Source of the DNA: Squalus acanthias
Taxonomy: Eukaryota
Reading direction: 5' to 3'
NCBI GenBank assembly: GCA_030390025.1
Contig: JASTWF010000034.1
Span: 496,001-560,000, forward strand
Length of the DNA: 64,000 bases
The notes beneath the pieces were generated by a model, which had not been told where the DNA came from, searched no databases, and saw only the letters and a program-made list of their open reading frames with translations. Made by a program: the position numbers and the translations under genes. This document shows positions 10,598 to 22,814 of the stretch, in pieces (the first letter of the stretch is position 1; the number at the start of each line of letters is the position of its first letter).

Positions 10598-13500
10598 AGT
10601 CCTTGGCTGGAAGATTTAGGCACAGGTCTCTCCAGGCCGAGATTTAAGGCTCCAATGAGCAGGGTGTGGCAAGATCGACCCTCCCCTTTAAGAACTGTCC
10701 GGCGCCAGTGTGTCTGTGTTCCATCACTAACTGACAGCACCTGGGCTGCGCCCGCGCTCTGTGTTAGCGCCGCGCTCCTCGGCCTTTGCGCCTCAAGACA
10801 GGTGTGTAGCGCCTGATTTAGTGCTCCAATCACCTCCTGGGGCGATAAAAGTCAAGTTTGCAGTCAGAGGCAATAATTAGCGCCAGGCGCCAATCTTGGC
10901 ACCCGGCCGATAATTGCACCGCAAATGGGGCGATACTGAATTTCACCCCCTTAGTTAATTGTTAAAGTGGATATGGTAACCAAAGCACAGTGTAAAACTG
11001 TTACAATTAATTGTTAAATTGAATATTATAACCAATACACATGTTTAAGCTGACACAGTTTATTCTTAAATTGGGTAAAATAACCAATACACAGTGTAAA
11101 ACTGTCAGGTAATTGTTAAATTGGGCATGATAACCAAAAGAAAGGGGAAAACTATCAAAGGTAATTGTTAAATTGGGTATTTTAACCAATACACAGGTTA
11201 AAACTGTCACAGTTAATTCTTAAATTGGGTATGAAAATCAATATACAGGGTAAAACACACACAGGTAATTTTTAAATTGTGTATGATAAAAAATACACAG
11301 GGTAAAACTGCTTCAGTTAATTGTTAAATTGGGTAAAATAACTAATTCACAGGGTAAAACAGTTAATGAATTGTTAAGCTGGGTATGATAACCAAAACAA
11401 TGGGTAAAACTGTTAGTTAATTGTTAAATTGGGTATGATAATCAATACACAGGGTAAAACTGTCACAGTTAATTGTTAAATTGAATATTATAACCAATGT
11501 ACATGTTTAGCTGACACAGATAATTGTTAAATTGGGTATTTTAAGCAATACATAGGGTTAAACTGTTAGTTAATTTTTAAATTGGGTGTGGCAACCAATA
11601 CACAGGTTAAAACTGTCACAGGTAATTGTTAAATTGGGTATGATAATCAATACACAGGGTAAAAATGTTAGTTAATTGTTAAATTGGGTAAGATAACCAG
11701 TACAAAGAGTAAAACTATTAGTTAATTGTTAAATTGGGTGTGATAACCAATACACATGTTTAAACTGTCACAGTTAATTGTTAAATTGGGTATGATAATC
11801 AAAACACATAGTTGAACTGCTACAATTAATTGTTAAGTTGGTTATGACAACTAATACACAGGGTAAAACTATTAGTTAATTGCTAAATTGGATAAGATAA
11901 CCAATACACAAGGTAAAACTGTTATATTTAATTGTTCAATTGGGTATGATGACCAATACACAGGTTAAACCTGTCAGTTAATTCTTAAATTGGTTAAAAT
12001 AACCAGTACACAGTGTAAAACTCTTAGTTAATTGTTAAATTAAATATTATAAACAATAAACATGTGTAAGCTGACACAGTTAATTGTTAAATTGTGTATG
12101 ATAACTAATACACAGGGTAAAAATGTTACAGTTAATTGTTAAATTGGGTATGATAACCAATACACAGGGTAAAACTGTCACAGTTAATTCTTAAATTGAG
12201 TATGAAAATCAATACACAGGGTAAAACTGTCACAGGTAATTGTTAAATTGTGTATGATAACCAATACATAGGTTAAAACTGTTAGGTAATTCTTAAATTG
12301 GGTATGATAACAAATACACAGGGTAAAACTGCTTCAGTTAATTGTTAAATTGGGTAAAATAACTAATTCACAGGGTAAAACATTTAGTGAATTGTTACGC
12401 TGGGTATGAAAACCGATACATAGCGTAGAAATTTCACAGTTGATTGTTAAATTGTGTATGATAATCATAGAGTAAAACTTTTACAGTTAATTTTTGCAGT
12501 GGGTATGATAATCAATACACAGGGTGAAACTGTTACAGTTAATTGTTAAATTGAATATTATAACAAATAAAAATGTTTAGCTGACACAGTTAATTGTTAA
12601 TTTGGGTATTTTAACCAAAACATGGGGTTAAACTGTTAGTTAATTGTTTAATTGGGTATGATACCGAATACACAGGTTAAAACTGTCACAGGTAATTGTT
12701 AAATTGGGTATGATAATCAATACACATGGTTAAACTGTCACAGGTAATTGTTAAATTGTGTATGATAACCAATACACAGGGTAAAACTGTCACAGGTAAT
12801 TGTTAAATTGGGTATGATAACCAATAAACAAGGTAAATCTTTTAGTTAATTGTTAAATTGGGTATGATAACCAAAATACAGGGTAAAAATGTCACAATTA
12901 ATTGTTAAATTGGGTATGATAATCAATATACAGTGTAAAGCTGTCACAGTTAATTGTTAAATTGGGTATGAAATACAATACACAGGTTAAAACAGTCACA
13001 GTTAATTGTGAAATTGGGTATGATAAACAGTACAAAGTGTGAAGCTGCTTCAGTTAATTGGTAAACTGATTATAATAACTAATACACAGGGTAAAACAGT
13101 TAGTTAATTGATAAATTGGGTATGACAACTAATACACAGGGTAAAACTGTCACAAGTAATTGTTAAATTGTGTATGATAAACAATACACAGGGTAAAACA
13201 GTCACATTTAATTGTTAAATTGAGTATGATAACCAATAGATAAGGTAAAAATGTCACAGGTAATTGTTAAATTGGGTATGGTAACCAATACAAAGGTTAA
13301 AACTGTTAGTTAATTGTTAAATTGGGGATGATAACCAATTCACAGGGTAAAACTTTTACAATTAATTGTTACAGTGGGTATGATAATCAATACACAGGGT
13401 GAAACTGTTAGTTAATTGGCCTAAAAATGGCCAAAAACTGTCTGAGGTAATTGTTAAATTGGGTATGGTAACCAAAGTACAGTGTAAAACTGTTACAGTT

Positions 13501-15138
13501 AATTGTTAAATTGAATATTATAATCAATACACATGTTTAAACTGACACAGTTAATTCTTAAATTGTGTAAATAACCTGCACAGTGTAAAACTCTTAGTTA
13601 ATTGTTAAATTGGGTATGATAACCAATACACAGGATAAAACTGTAACAGTTAATTGTTAAATTGTGTATGATAACCAATACACAGGGTAAAACTGTCACA
13701 GTTAATTGTTAAATTGTGTATGATAACCAATACACAGGGTAAAACTATCACAGGTAATTGCTAAAATTAGGTATTTTAAGCAATACATAGGGTAAAACTG
13801 TTCGTTAATTGTTAAATTGGATATGATAAGCAATAAACGGGGTAAAACTATCACAGCTAATTTCTAATTTGGGAATGATAACCAAAACACAGGGTAAACC
13901 TGTTACAGTTCATTGTTACCGTGGGTATAATAACCAATGCACAGGGTAAATCATGTAGTTAATTGTTAAACTGGAAATGATAATCAATATACAGTGTAAA
14001 ACTGTTACATTTAATAGATAAATTGGGTATGATAACCAATACACAGGGTAAAACTGTTCCAGGTAATTGCTAAATTGGGTATGATAACCAATACACAGGG
14101 TAAAAATGTCCCAGGTAATTGCTAAATTGGGTAAGGTAACCAACGCACATTGTTAAACTGTTATATTTAATTGTTAAATTGGTTATGATAACCAACACAC
14201 AGGGTAAAAATCTTACATTTAATTGTCAAATCGGTTACTTTAAGTAATACACAGGGTAAAACTGTTAGTTAATTGTTAAATTGCGTATGATAAACAATAC
14301 ACAGGGTAAAACAGTTCGTTAATTGTTACATTGGATATGATAATCAATATACAGTTTAAAACTGTCACAGCTAATTGTTAAATTGGGCATGATAATCAAT
14401 ATACAATGTAAAACTGTTACAGTTCATTGTTAAATTGGGTATGATAACCAATACACAGGGTAAACAGTCACAGTTAATTGTTAAATTGGGTATGATAACC
14501 AATACACAGGGTAAAGCTGTCACAGTTAATTGTTAAGTTGGCTATGACAACTAAAACACAGGATAAAACAGTCACAGTTAATTGTTAAATTGGGTATGAT
14601 AACAATACACAGGTTGAAACTGTTATACGATTAATTGTTTAATTGGGTTTGATAACACATACACAGGTAAAACTGTCACAGGTAATTGATACATTGTGTA
14701 TGATAACCAATACACAGGGTAAAACTGTACCAGATAATTTTTAAATTGGTTATGATAATCAATACACAGGGTAAAACTGTCACAGGTAATTGTTAAATTG
14801 GGTATCATAACCAATAATCTCAGTAAAACTGTCACAGTAAATTTTTAAATTGGGTATGATAACCAATAAACAGGGAAAAACAGTTAGTTAATTGTTAAAT
14901 TAGGTATGATAACCAAAGCATAGTGCAAAACCGTTGCAGTTAATTGTTAAATTGAATATTATAACCAATACACATGTTTAAGCTGACACAGTTAATTCTT
15001 ACATTGAGTATCATAACCAATACACAGAGTCAAACTGTTACAGGTAATTTCTAAATTGGGTAAGATATCCAATACACAGGTTAAAACTGTTACACAGTTA
15101 ATTGTTAAATTTGGTATGACAACCAATGCACAGTGTAA

Positions 15139-15690
15139 GCGTTCTCCAAGGCAACCTTAGAAACACACGACAACGCAAAATCATCGAGCAGAAACTGATA
15201 GCCAAGTTCCGCACTCATGAAGACGGTCTCAATCGGGATCTTGGGTTTATGTCACGATACATGACGTGATCCGGACTCGAGTCGTCGTTAGCTTGTTCAC
15301 AGATGTGATTCCCAGTAAAAAAGTAAAAATTTTCCCAGTAAAAAAGTAATTTTTTTTTAAAGCTTTTCGTTTTACAGACAGACGGCAGCTTTTGACACGT
15401 TAGAACCCCTGCGACTACACCTCATTGTCTCAGTTGTATCTTGCTATGTCTTTGATGTGGTACCTTCCTGGCTGACTTAATTAACTTTATCACACCTCGG
15501 CAGATAGTCAGGATGATTTAATTTAGTGGTCTGCAATTGTAAAGTACACATGCTTTGTTTTCTATCTATATATGCTTTGGCGATTCTGTAGCTAATTTAC
15601 TTCACCTGAGAAGGAGCAATCGATAGCTCCGAAAGCTTGTGATTTCAAATAAAACTGTTGGACTATAACCTGGTGTTGTGCGACCTCTCA
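15139..15690 (+). mobile_element. Penelope-like retroelement, 5'-truncated
   Basis: Encodes VLQGNLRNTRQRKIIEQKLIAKFRTHEDGLNRDLGFMSRYMT*, resembling a Penelope GIY-YIG C-terminus. 3' end has a hammerhead-like motif and aataaa. acagtgtaa is duplicated at 15130-15138 and 15691-15699. Confidence 0.85.
15602..15642 (+). ncRNA. Minimal type I hammerhead ribozyme-like motif (core mutated)
   Basis: tcac-CTGAGAA-ggagc(aatcgata)gctcc-GAAA-gctt-gtga: stem I tcac/gtga, stem II ggagc/gctcc, palindromic AGCT in place of stem III. Core deviates from CUGANGA. Confidence 0.65.
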
Positions 15691-17818
15691 ACAGTGTAAA
15701 ACTGCCATAGTTAATTATTAAATTGGGTATGATAACCAATATACAGGGTAAAACTGTCACAGGTAATTTTTAAATTGGGTATGATGACCAATACACAGGG
15801 TAAAACTGTTACAGTTTATTGCTAAATTCGGTATGATAACTAATACACAGGGTTATACTGTTACAGTTAATTGTTAAGTTGGGCATGACAACTAATACAC
15901 AGGGTAAAACTGTTAGTTAATTGTTAAATTGAGTATGATAACCAATACACAGGGTAAAACTGTCACAGTTAATTGTTAAATTGGGTATGATATGCAAAAC
16001 ACAGGGTAAAACTGTCAGTTAATTTTTAAATTCGGTATGATAACCAATTCACAGGGTATGAATGCCAGTTAATTTTTAAATTGGGTATGATAACCAATGC
16101 ACCGGATAAAACTGTTAGATCATTGTTAAATTTGTAATGATAATCAATACACATCGTAAAATTTACATTTAATTGTTAAATTGGGTATGATAATCAATAC
16201 ACATGTTAAAACAGTTATATTTAATTGCAAAATTGGGTATGATAACCAATACACAGGGTAAAAGAGCACCAATTCATTGTTAAATTGGGTATGATAACCA
16301 ATACACAAGGTAAAACTGGCACAGGTAATTGTTAAATTGGGTATGATAATTGATAGACAGGGTAATTGTTAAATTTGGCATGATAACCAATACATAGGGT
16401 AAACATGTTAGTTAATTATTAAATTAGGTATGATACCCAAAACACACGGTAAAACAGTTACGTTTAATTGTTCAATTGGGTCTGATAACCAATACACCTT
16501 TTAAAACTGGCAGTTAAGTGTTAAATTTGGTATGATAATCAATACACAGGAAAACAGTCAGCTAATTGTTAAATTGGGCATCATAACCAATACACATGGT
16601 AAAACTGTCGCAGTTAATTGTTAAATTGGGTATGACAACCAATACACAGTGTGAAATATTCACAGGTAATTGTTAAATTTGTTATTTTAAGCAATACAGA
16701 GGGTAAAACAGTTACATTTAATTGTTGGGTATGATAACCAATACACAGTGTAAAACTGTCACAGGTCATTGTTAAACTGGATATGATAACCAGTACACAG
16801 GGTAAAAATGTTATATTTAATTTTTAAAATGTGTATGAAAAACAATGCGCACGGTAAACCTGTCACAGTTAACTGTTACATTCGGAATTGTAACCGATAC
16901 ACAGGGTAAAACTGTTAATTAATTTGTTATCACAACAAATATAACAATTAATTAACAGTTTTACCCTGTGTATTGATTTTCATAACAAATTTAACAATAC
17001 ACAGGGTAAAACTGTTAGTTAATTGTTAAATTGGAATTGATATCCAAAACATAGGTTAAAACTGTTAATTATTGGTTAATTACTGTATGATAATCAATAC
17101 ACAGGGGAAAGTAGTAACATTTATTTTTTTAATGGGGTAAGATAATCAATACGCAGGCTAAAACAGTTACATTTCATTGTTAAATTAGCATGATAACCAA
17201 TACACAGGGTAAAACTGTCACAGGTAATTGTTAAATTGTGTATGATAACCAATACACATGGTAAAACTGTCACAGTTAATTGTTAAATTGGGTATGATAA
17301 CCAATACACAGGGTAAAACTGTCACAGTTAATTGTTAAATTGGGTATGATAACCAATACACATGGTAAAACTGTTACAGTTAATTGTTAAATTGGGTATG
17401 ATAACCAATACACAGGGTAAAACTGTCACAGTTAATTGTTAAATTGGGTATGATAACCAATACACAGGGTAAAACTGTCACAGTTAATTGTTAAATTGGG
17501 TATGATAACCAATACACAGGGTAAAACTGTCACAGGTATTTGTTTAATTGATAATGATAACAATACAGAGGGTAAAACAGTTAGATTTAATTATTAAATT
17601 GGGTATGATAAACAATATACAGGGTAAAACTGTTTGTTAATTGTTAAAATGGGTATGATAACTATTACACAGGATAAAAATGTTCATTAATTTTTAAATT
17701 GGTTATGATTAACAATACACAGGGTAAAACTGTCAGTTAATTGTCAAATTGGGTATGATAGCCAATAAACAAGAGAGTAAAGTTTATTGTTAATTATTAT
17801 ATTCGACATAAGCAATAC

Positions 17819-18070
17819 ACAACAACAACAACAACAACTTGTATTTATATAGCGCCTTTAATGCAGTAAAAGAACAAAACACGCTTCACAGGTGTGCTAT
17901 CAAACAACATTTAACATCGAGTCACATAAGGAGATATTAGTGCAGATAACCAAAAGCTTGGTCAAGGAGGTAGGTTTTAAGAAGCTTCTTGATGGAGGTG
18001 AGAGAGGCAGAGAGCTTTACTGGCAGAATTCCAGCGCTTAGGGCCCAGGCAATGGTTTGGCGATTAAAAT
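17819..18070 (-). mobile_element. L2-type LINE 3' end fragment
   Basis: (aac)n tail followed by ttgtatttatatagcgcc, the reverse complement of the ggcgctatataaat L2/SINE-type 3' terminus. Confidence 0.6.
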
Positions 18071-18328
18071 CAGAGATACATTGAGAGGGTCATTGAGCGA
18101 GACACTGACTGAAACATAGAGCAAGACATTGAGAGGGCCATAGAGATGGAGAGAGACAGACAGAGACAAAAATAAAGAAATAGAAACAGAGAGAGTGAGC
18201 AGATAGACAGATAGAAACAGAGACAGAGAAACGGGGGAGAGCCACAGACAGCCAGAGAGAGACAGAGACAGACAGAGAGGCAGAGAGATACAGAGGGAAG
18301 AGAAATACCGTGATAGAAAGTGAGAGTT
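18071..18328. repeat. GA-rich low-complexity tract
   Basis: Degenerate (gaga/gaca)n. Confidence 0.8.
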
Positions 18329-18329
18329 A

Positions 18330-19800
18330 GAACATAGGAACATAAGAAATAGGAGCAGGAGTAGGCCATTCGGCCCATCGAGCCTGCTCCACCATTCAAT
18401 AAGATCATGGCTGATCTTCTACCTCAATTCCACTTACCAGAACTATCCCATATGCTTTGATTCCCTTATTATCCAAAACTCTATCAATCTCAGTCTTGAA
18501 TATACTCAACGACTGAGCGTCCACAGCCCTCTGGGGTAGAGAATTCCAAAAATTCATCACCCTCTGAGGGAAGAGATTTCACCTCATCTCAGACCTAAAT
18601 AGCCGACCCCTTATTCTGAGACTGTGACCCCTGGTTCTAGACACCCTTTCCAGGGGAAACATCCTCCCTGCATCTACCCTGTCAAGCCGTGTAAGAATTT
18701 TGTATGTTTCAATGTGATCACCTCTCATTGTTCTAAACTCTAGAGAATATAGGCCCATTCCACTCAATCTGTTCTCATAGGACAATCCCCCCATCCCAGG
18801 AACCAGTCTGGTGAACCTTCGTTGCACTCCCTCTTTGGCAATTATATCCTTCCTTAGGTAAGGTGACCAAAACTGTACACAATACTCCTGGTGTGGTCTC
18901 ACCAGGGCCTTATATAATTGCAGTAAGACGTCTTTACTCTTATACTGAAATGCTCTTGTAATAAAGGCAAACATACCATTTGCTTTCCTAATTGCTTGCT
19001 GCACCTGCATTTTAACTTTCAGTGATTCATGTACAAGGACACCCAGGTCCCTCTGAAAGCCAACATTTCCCAATCTCTCTCCATTTAAAAAATACACTGC
19101 TTTTCTATTTTTCCCAACTTCACATTTCTCTACGTTATATTCCATTTGCCATGTTCTTGCCCACTCACTTAGTTGGTCTGTATCTCTTTCAACCCTCCTT
19201 GCATCCTGCTCACAACTTACATTCCCACCCAACTTTGTATCATCAGCAAACTTGGATATATTACATTTGGTCCCCTCATCCAAATTATTGATATAGACTG
19301 TGAATAGCTGAGGCCCAAGTACTAATCCTTGCGGTACCCCACTAGTTACAGCCTGCCAACCCGAAAATGGCCCGTTTATTGCTACTCTCTGTTTACTGTC
19401 CGTTAACCAATCCTCAAGCAATGCTAGTAGATTACCCCCAATCGCCTTTTGTTTAATAACCTCTTGTGTGGCACCTTTTCGAATGCCTTCTGAAAATCCA
19501 AATCCAACACATCTACTGGCTCCCCTTATCTATTCTATTAGTTACAACCTCAAAAAACTCTAACAGATTCGTCAAACACGATTTCCCTTTCCTAAATCCG
19601 TGTTGACTCTGCCCAATCCTATTATCATTTTCTAAGTGCCCTGTTTCCACGTCCTTAATAATAGATTCCAGCATTTTCCCTACTATTGATGTCAGGATAA
19701 CTGGTCTGTAGTTACCCGTTTTCTCTCTCCCTCCTTTCTTAAATAGTGGGGTTATATTTGCTACATTCCAATCCTCCGTAATCGTTCTGGAATCTATGGA
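18330..19800 (-). mobile_element. CR1 LINE, 5'-truncated (RT and 3' UTR)
   Basis: ORF 18579-19421 has SGVPQG.VLGP.LF, SKFADDTKL and LYKALVRPH. Tail aacataggaacataagaa at the left end. Confidence 0.93.
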
Positions 19801-19834
19801 ATTTATGGAATTTCATCTGCCTTCTATTTTCTTT

Positions 19835-21172
19835 TCCTTTTTTATTCATTCATGGGATGTGGCCATCACTGACACGGCCGGCATTTATTGCCCAGCCCTA
19901 GTTGCCCTTGAGAAGGTGGTGGTGAGCCGCCCGCTTGAACCGCTGCAGTCTGTGATGTGAAGGTGCTCCCACTGTGCTGTTGCAGAGGGATTTGCAGGAT
20001 TTTGACCCAGCGACGATGAAGGAACGGCGATACAATTCCAAGTCAGGATCGTATGTGACTTGGAGGGTAACTTACAGGTGATGGTGTTCCCATGCTCCTG
20101 CTGCCCTTGTACTTCTAGGTGGAAGAGGTCGCGGGTTTGGGAGGTGCTGCCGAAGAAGCCTTGGCGAGTTGATGCAGCGCATCTTTAAGATGGTGCACAC
20201 TGCAGCCAAGGTGCGCCGTTGGTGGAGGGTGTGAATGTTTAAGGTGATGGATGGGGTACCAATCAAGTGGGCTGCTTAGTCCTGGATGATGTTGAGCTTC
20301 TTGAGTTTTGTTGGAGCTGCACCCATCCAGGCAAGTGAAGAATATTCCATCACACTACTGACTTGTGCCTTGTAGATTGTGGAAAGGTTTTGGGGAGTCA
20401 GGAGGTGAGACACTCTCCGTAGAATACCCAGCCTTGACCTGCTCTTTTAGCCATAGTATTTAAGTGGTTTGTCCAGTTAAGGTTCTGGTCAATGGTGACC
20501 CCCAGGATTTTGATGGTGGCGGATTTGGCGATGCTAATCCAATTGAATTTCAAGGGGGACTGGCTCTTGTTGGAGATAGTCATTGTTTCGCACTTCTGTG
20601 GTGCGATTTTTACTTGCCACTTATCAGCCCAAGCCTGAATGTCATCCAGGTCTTGCTGCATGCGGACTTGGACTGCTTAATTATCTGAGGAGTTGCAAAT
20701 GGAATTGAACACTGAGCAGTCATCAGCGAACATGCCCACTTATAACCATATGATGCAGGGAAGGTTATTGATGAAGTAGCTGAAGATGGTTGGGCCGAGG
20801 ACACTGGCCTGAGGAACTCATGCAACGATGTCCTGGGGCTGTGATGATTGACCTCCAAAAACCACAAACATCTTCCTTTGTGCTAGATATGACACGAGCC
20901 AGTGGAGAGTTATCCCCTTGCCTCCCATTTACTTCAATTTTACTTATGCTCCTTGATGCCACACTCTGTCAAATGCTGCCTTGATATCAAGGGTAGTCAC
21001 TCTCACCTCACCTCTGGAATTCATCTCTTTTGTCCATGTTTGGACCAAGGCAGAAATGAGGTCTGGAGCCGAGTGGTCCTGGCGGAACTCAAACTGGGCA
21101 TCGGTGAGCAGGTTATTGGTGAGTAAGTGCCACTTAATAGCACTGTCGACGACATTTTTCATCACTTTGCTC
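19835..21172 (-). mobile_element. CR1/L2-group LINE fragment of a second family (RT C-terminal half and 3' end)
   Basis: QFEFRQDHSAPDL, LDIKAAFDRVWHQG, QQDLDDIQAWADKWQV and ILGVTIDQNLNW spread over frameshifted ORFs. Confidence 0.85.
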
Positions 21173-21174
21173 AA

Positions 21175-21281
21175 TTCACTAAGCTTTCTATGTCCTCCTG
21201 AAGCCAACTACTATCCCGCTCAGTGTTTACTACATTTCCGAGTTTTGTGTCATCCGCAAACGTTCAAATTATGCCTATATT

Positions 21282-21314
<33 letters not shown>

Positions 21315-21912
21315 ATATCGATATCTATATCTATCTATATATATATATATATATCTCAAAAAGAGCAGTGGCACCACTGTACACTTCTCTCCAGTCTGAA
21401 CAACAACCGTTCACCACTACTTTCGGTTTTCTGTCCCTTAGCCAATATCAGATCCGCACTACCACAGAACTTTCGGTCCGAACAAAACTATTCAATTGCA
21501 CTTTATCAACTGCATTTTTAAAGTCTATATACACAACATCAACCCCATTACACTCATCAACCCTCTCCGTTACTTCATGAAAGAACTCAATCGGGTTTGT
21601 CAGACACACTTTGCCGTTAACATATCTGTGCTGGATGTAATTTATTAATCCATTTTTTTTCCAAAGACAGATAATTTTGTCCTGGAAAATGGCCTCCAGA
21701 AGTTTCCCCAGCACTGACGTTAGGCTGACTGTCCTGCAGTTAGAGAGTTTAACCCTCTCTCCTTTTTTAAACAGGGTGTAACATTTGCAACCCTCCAGTC
21801 CTCTGGCACCACTCCCATATCCGAGGAGGATTGAAAGATTCTGGCCAGAGCCTGCGCTATTTCCACCATTCCTTCCCTCAGCAATCCGCATACATCCCAT
21901 CCGAACCGGGTA
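21175..21912 (-). mobile_element. CR1 RT fragment with embedded (GT)n/(AT)n microsatellite at ~21282-21354
   Basis: LFKKGER...SLTSVLGKLLE...VDVVYIDFKNAVDKV (ORF 21448-21900). Confidence 0.85.
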
Positions 21913-21934
21913 AATATTCTACTTTACTGCGGTA

Positions 21935-22140
21935 CAAAAAGTGTTGGATTGAAAGGAGTTAACTGAAGCTGTTTGTTCAGTGACTGTAATTAATGTCAGT
22001 CTCCACGGGTTAACTGAAGCTGTTTATTCAGTGACTGTAAATAATGTCAGTCTCCATGGACCGTAATTGTATCAGTGCAGGGTTTCCCTCTTCTATTAAT
22101 AATGGGCTCCTTTCAATGTGTTATCCCATAGTGTCAGTGA
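21935..22140 (+). promoter_or_regulatory. Putative promoter of GPR139-like exon A
   Basis: Shares ctgtttgttcartgactgtaattaa and ...tttccctct...aataa..gctcc blocks with the upstream region of exon B (~47130-47270). TATA-like tattaataa near 22094. Confidence 0.45.
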
Positions 22141-22209
22141 GAGCATCAGCACGCTGCTCCACAGAGAAGGACTCGGAATCTGAGAACAGTAGATTGGAAT
22201 GTTACAGCA

Positions 22210-22432
22210 ATGGGTCGAAATCTGAGGACAGTAGATTGGAATGTTACAACAATGGATCAGAATCTGAGAACAGTAGATTCGAATGTTACAACAATGGGCA
22301 GGAGTTTCAGCTGGCAGTTTGACTATCTTTCAGAATATTACGATGAACTACCATTGGACTCGCGGATAGAGTTGGCATTTCAGATTATGCAATGCATTTA
22401 TTACCCCCTCCTTGCTGCTGTTGGTTTTCCTG
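22210..22432 (+). CDS. First coding exon of a GPR139/GPR142-like class A GPCR (exon A; exon 2 not found)
   Basis: MGRNLRTVDWNVTT...FQIMQCIYYPLLAAVGFP followed by a phase-1 GTAAGT donor. Resembles the YY.LL..GLP|A end of GPR139 exon 1. Two NVT glycosylation sequons. Confidence 0.7.
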
Positions 22433-22814
22433 GTAAGTCTCTCTATCCAGCTATTAACTCTGCACACCTTTGCTAACTCTATTACTATTCTTCATTCTTT
22501 GATGCTGTTGGTGTCCTTGGTAAGTCTCTATATACAGACATTGGATCTGTAAACCACATTTCACTGTATTACTCTTTTTCATTTAAATCTTTGGAAGAGC
22601 AAAGCCATTGTCTTCGGTCCTAATCCTTAAGATCAAATTCCACCATGGCCTCACCCCCACAATCAGTCCCATTCCCTTGCTCTTTTCCCATAGTCCTGTA
22701 AATTGTTCCCCTTCAAGTGTTTATCCAACCCCCATTTTAAAGTTAATGTATTTTCATCTACCTCTCCCAGTCATTGTGCCTCTATTTTCCTCTCTCTCTT
22801 TCCCTTGCTCAAAG

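Larger units (their letters stand above)
6435..10950. mobile_element. PIF/Harbinger DNA transposon, near full length, disabled
   Basis: Imperfect TIRs: gggctaaaaattcagt (6435-6450) vs reverse complement of 10935-10950, gggggtgaaattcagt (12/16 match). Flanking trinucleotides are TGA and TTA. Contains convergent transposase and Myb/SANT genes, the canonical two-gene layout. Confidence 0.92.
10951..17818. repeat. Satellite B, AT-rich, ~52 bp unit (50-53), roughly 120 copies
   Basis: Unit gttaattgttaaattgggtatgataaccaatacacagggtaaaactgtcaca. Period of 52 between 17341 and 17393. Interrupted at 15139-15690. Confidence 0.96.
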
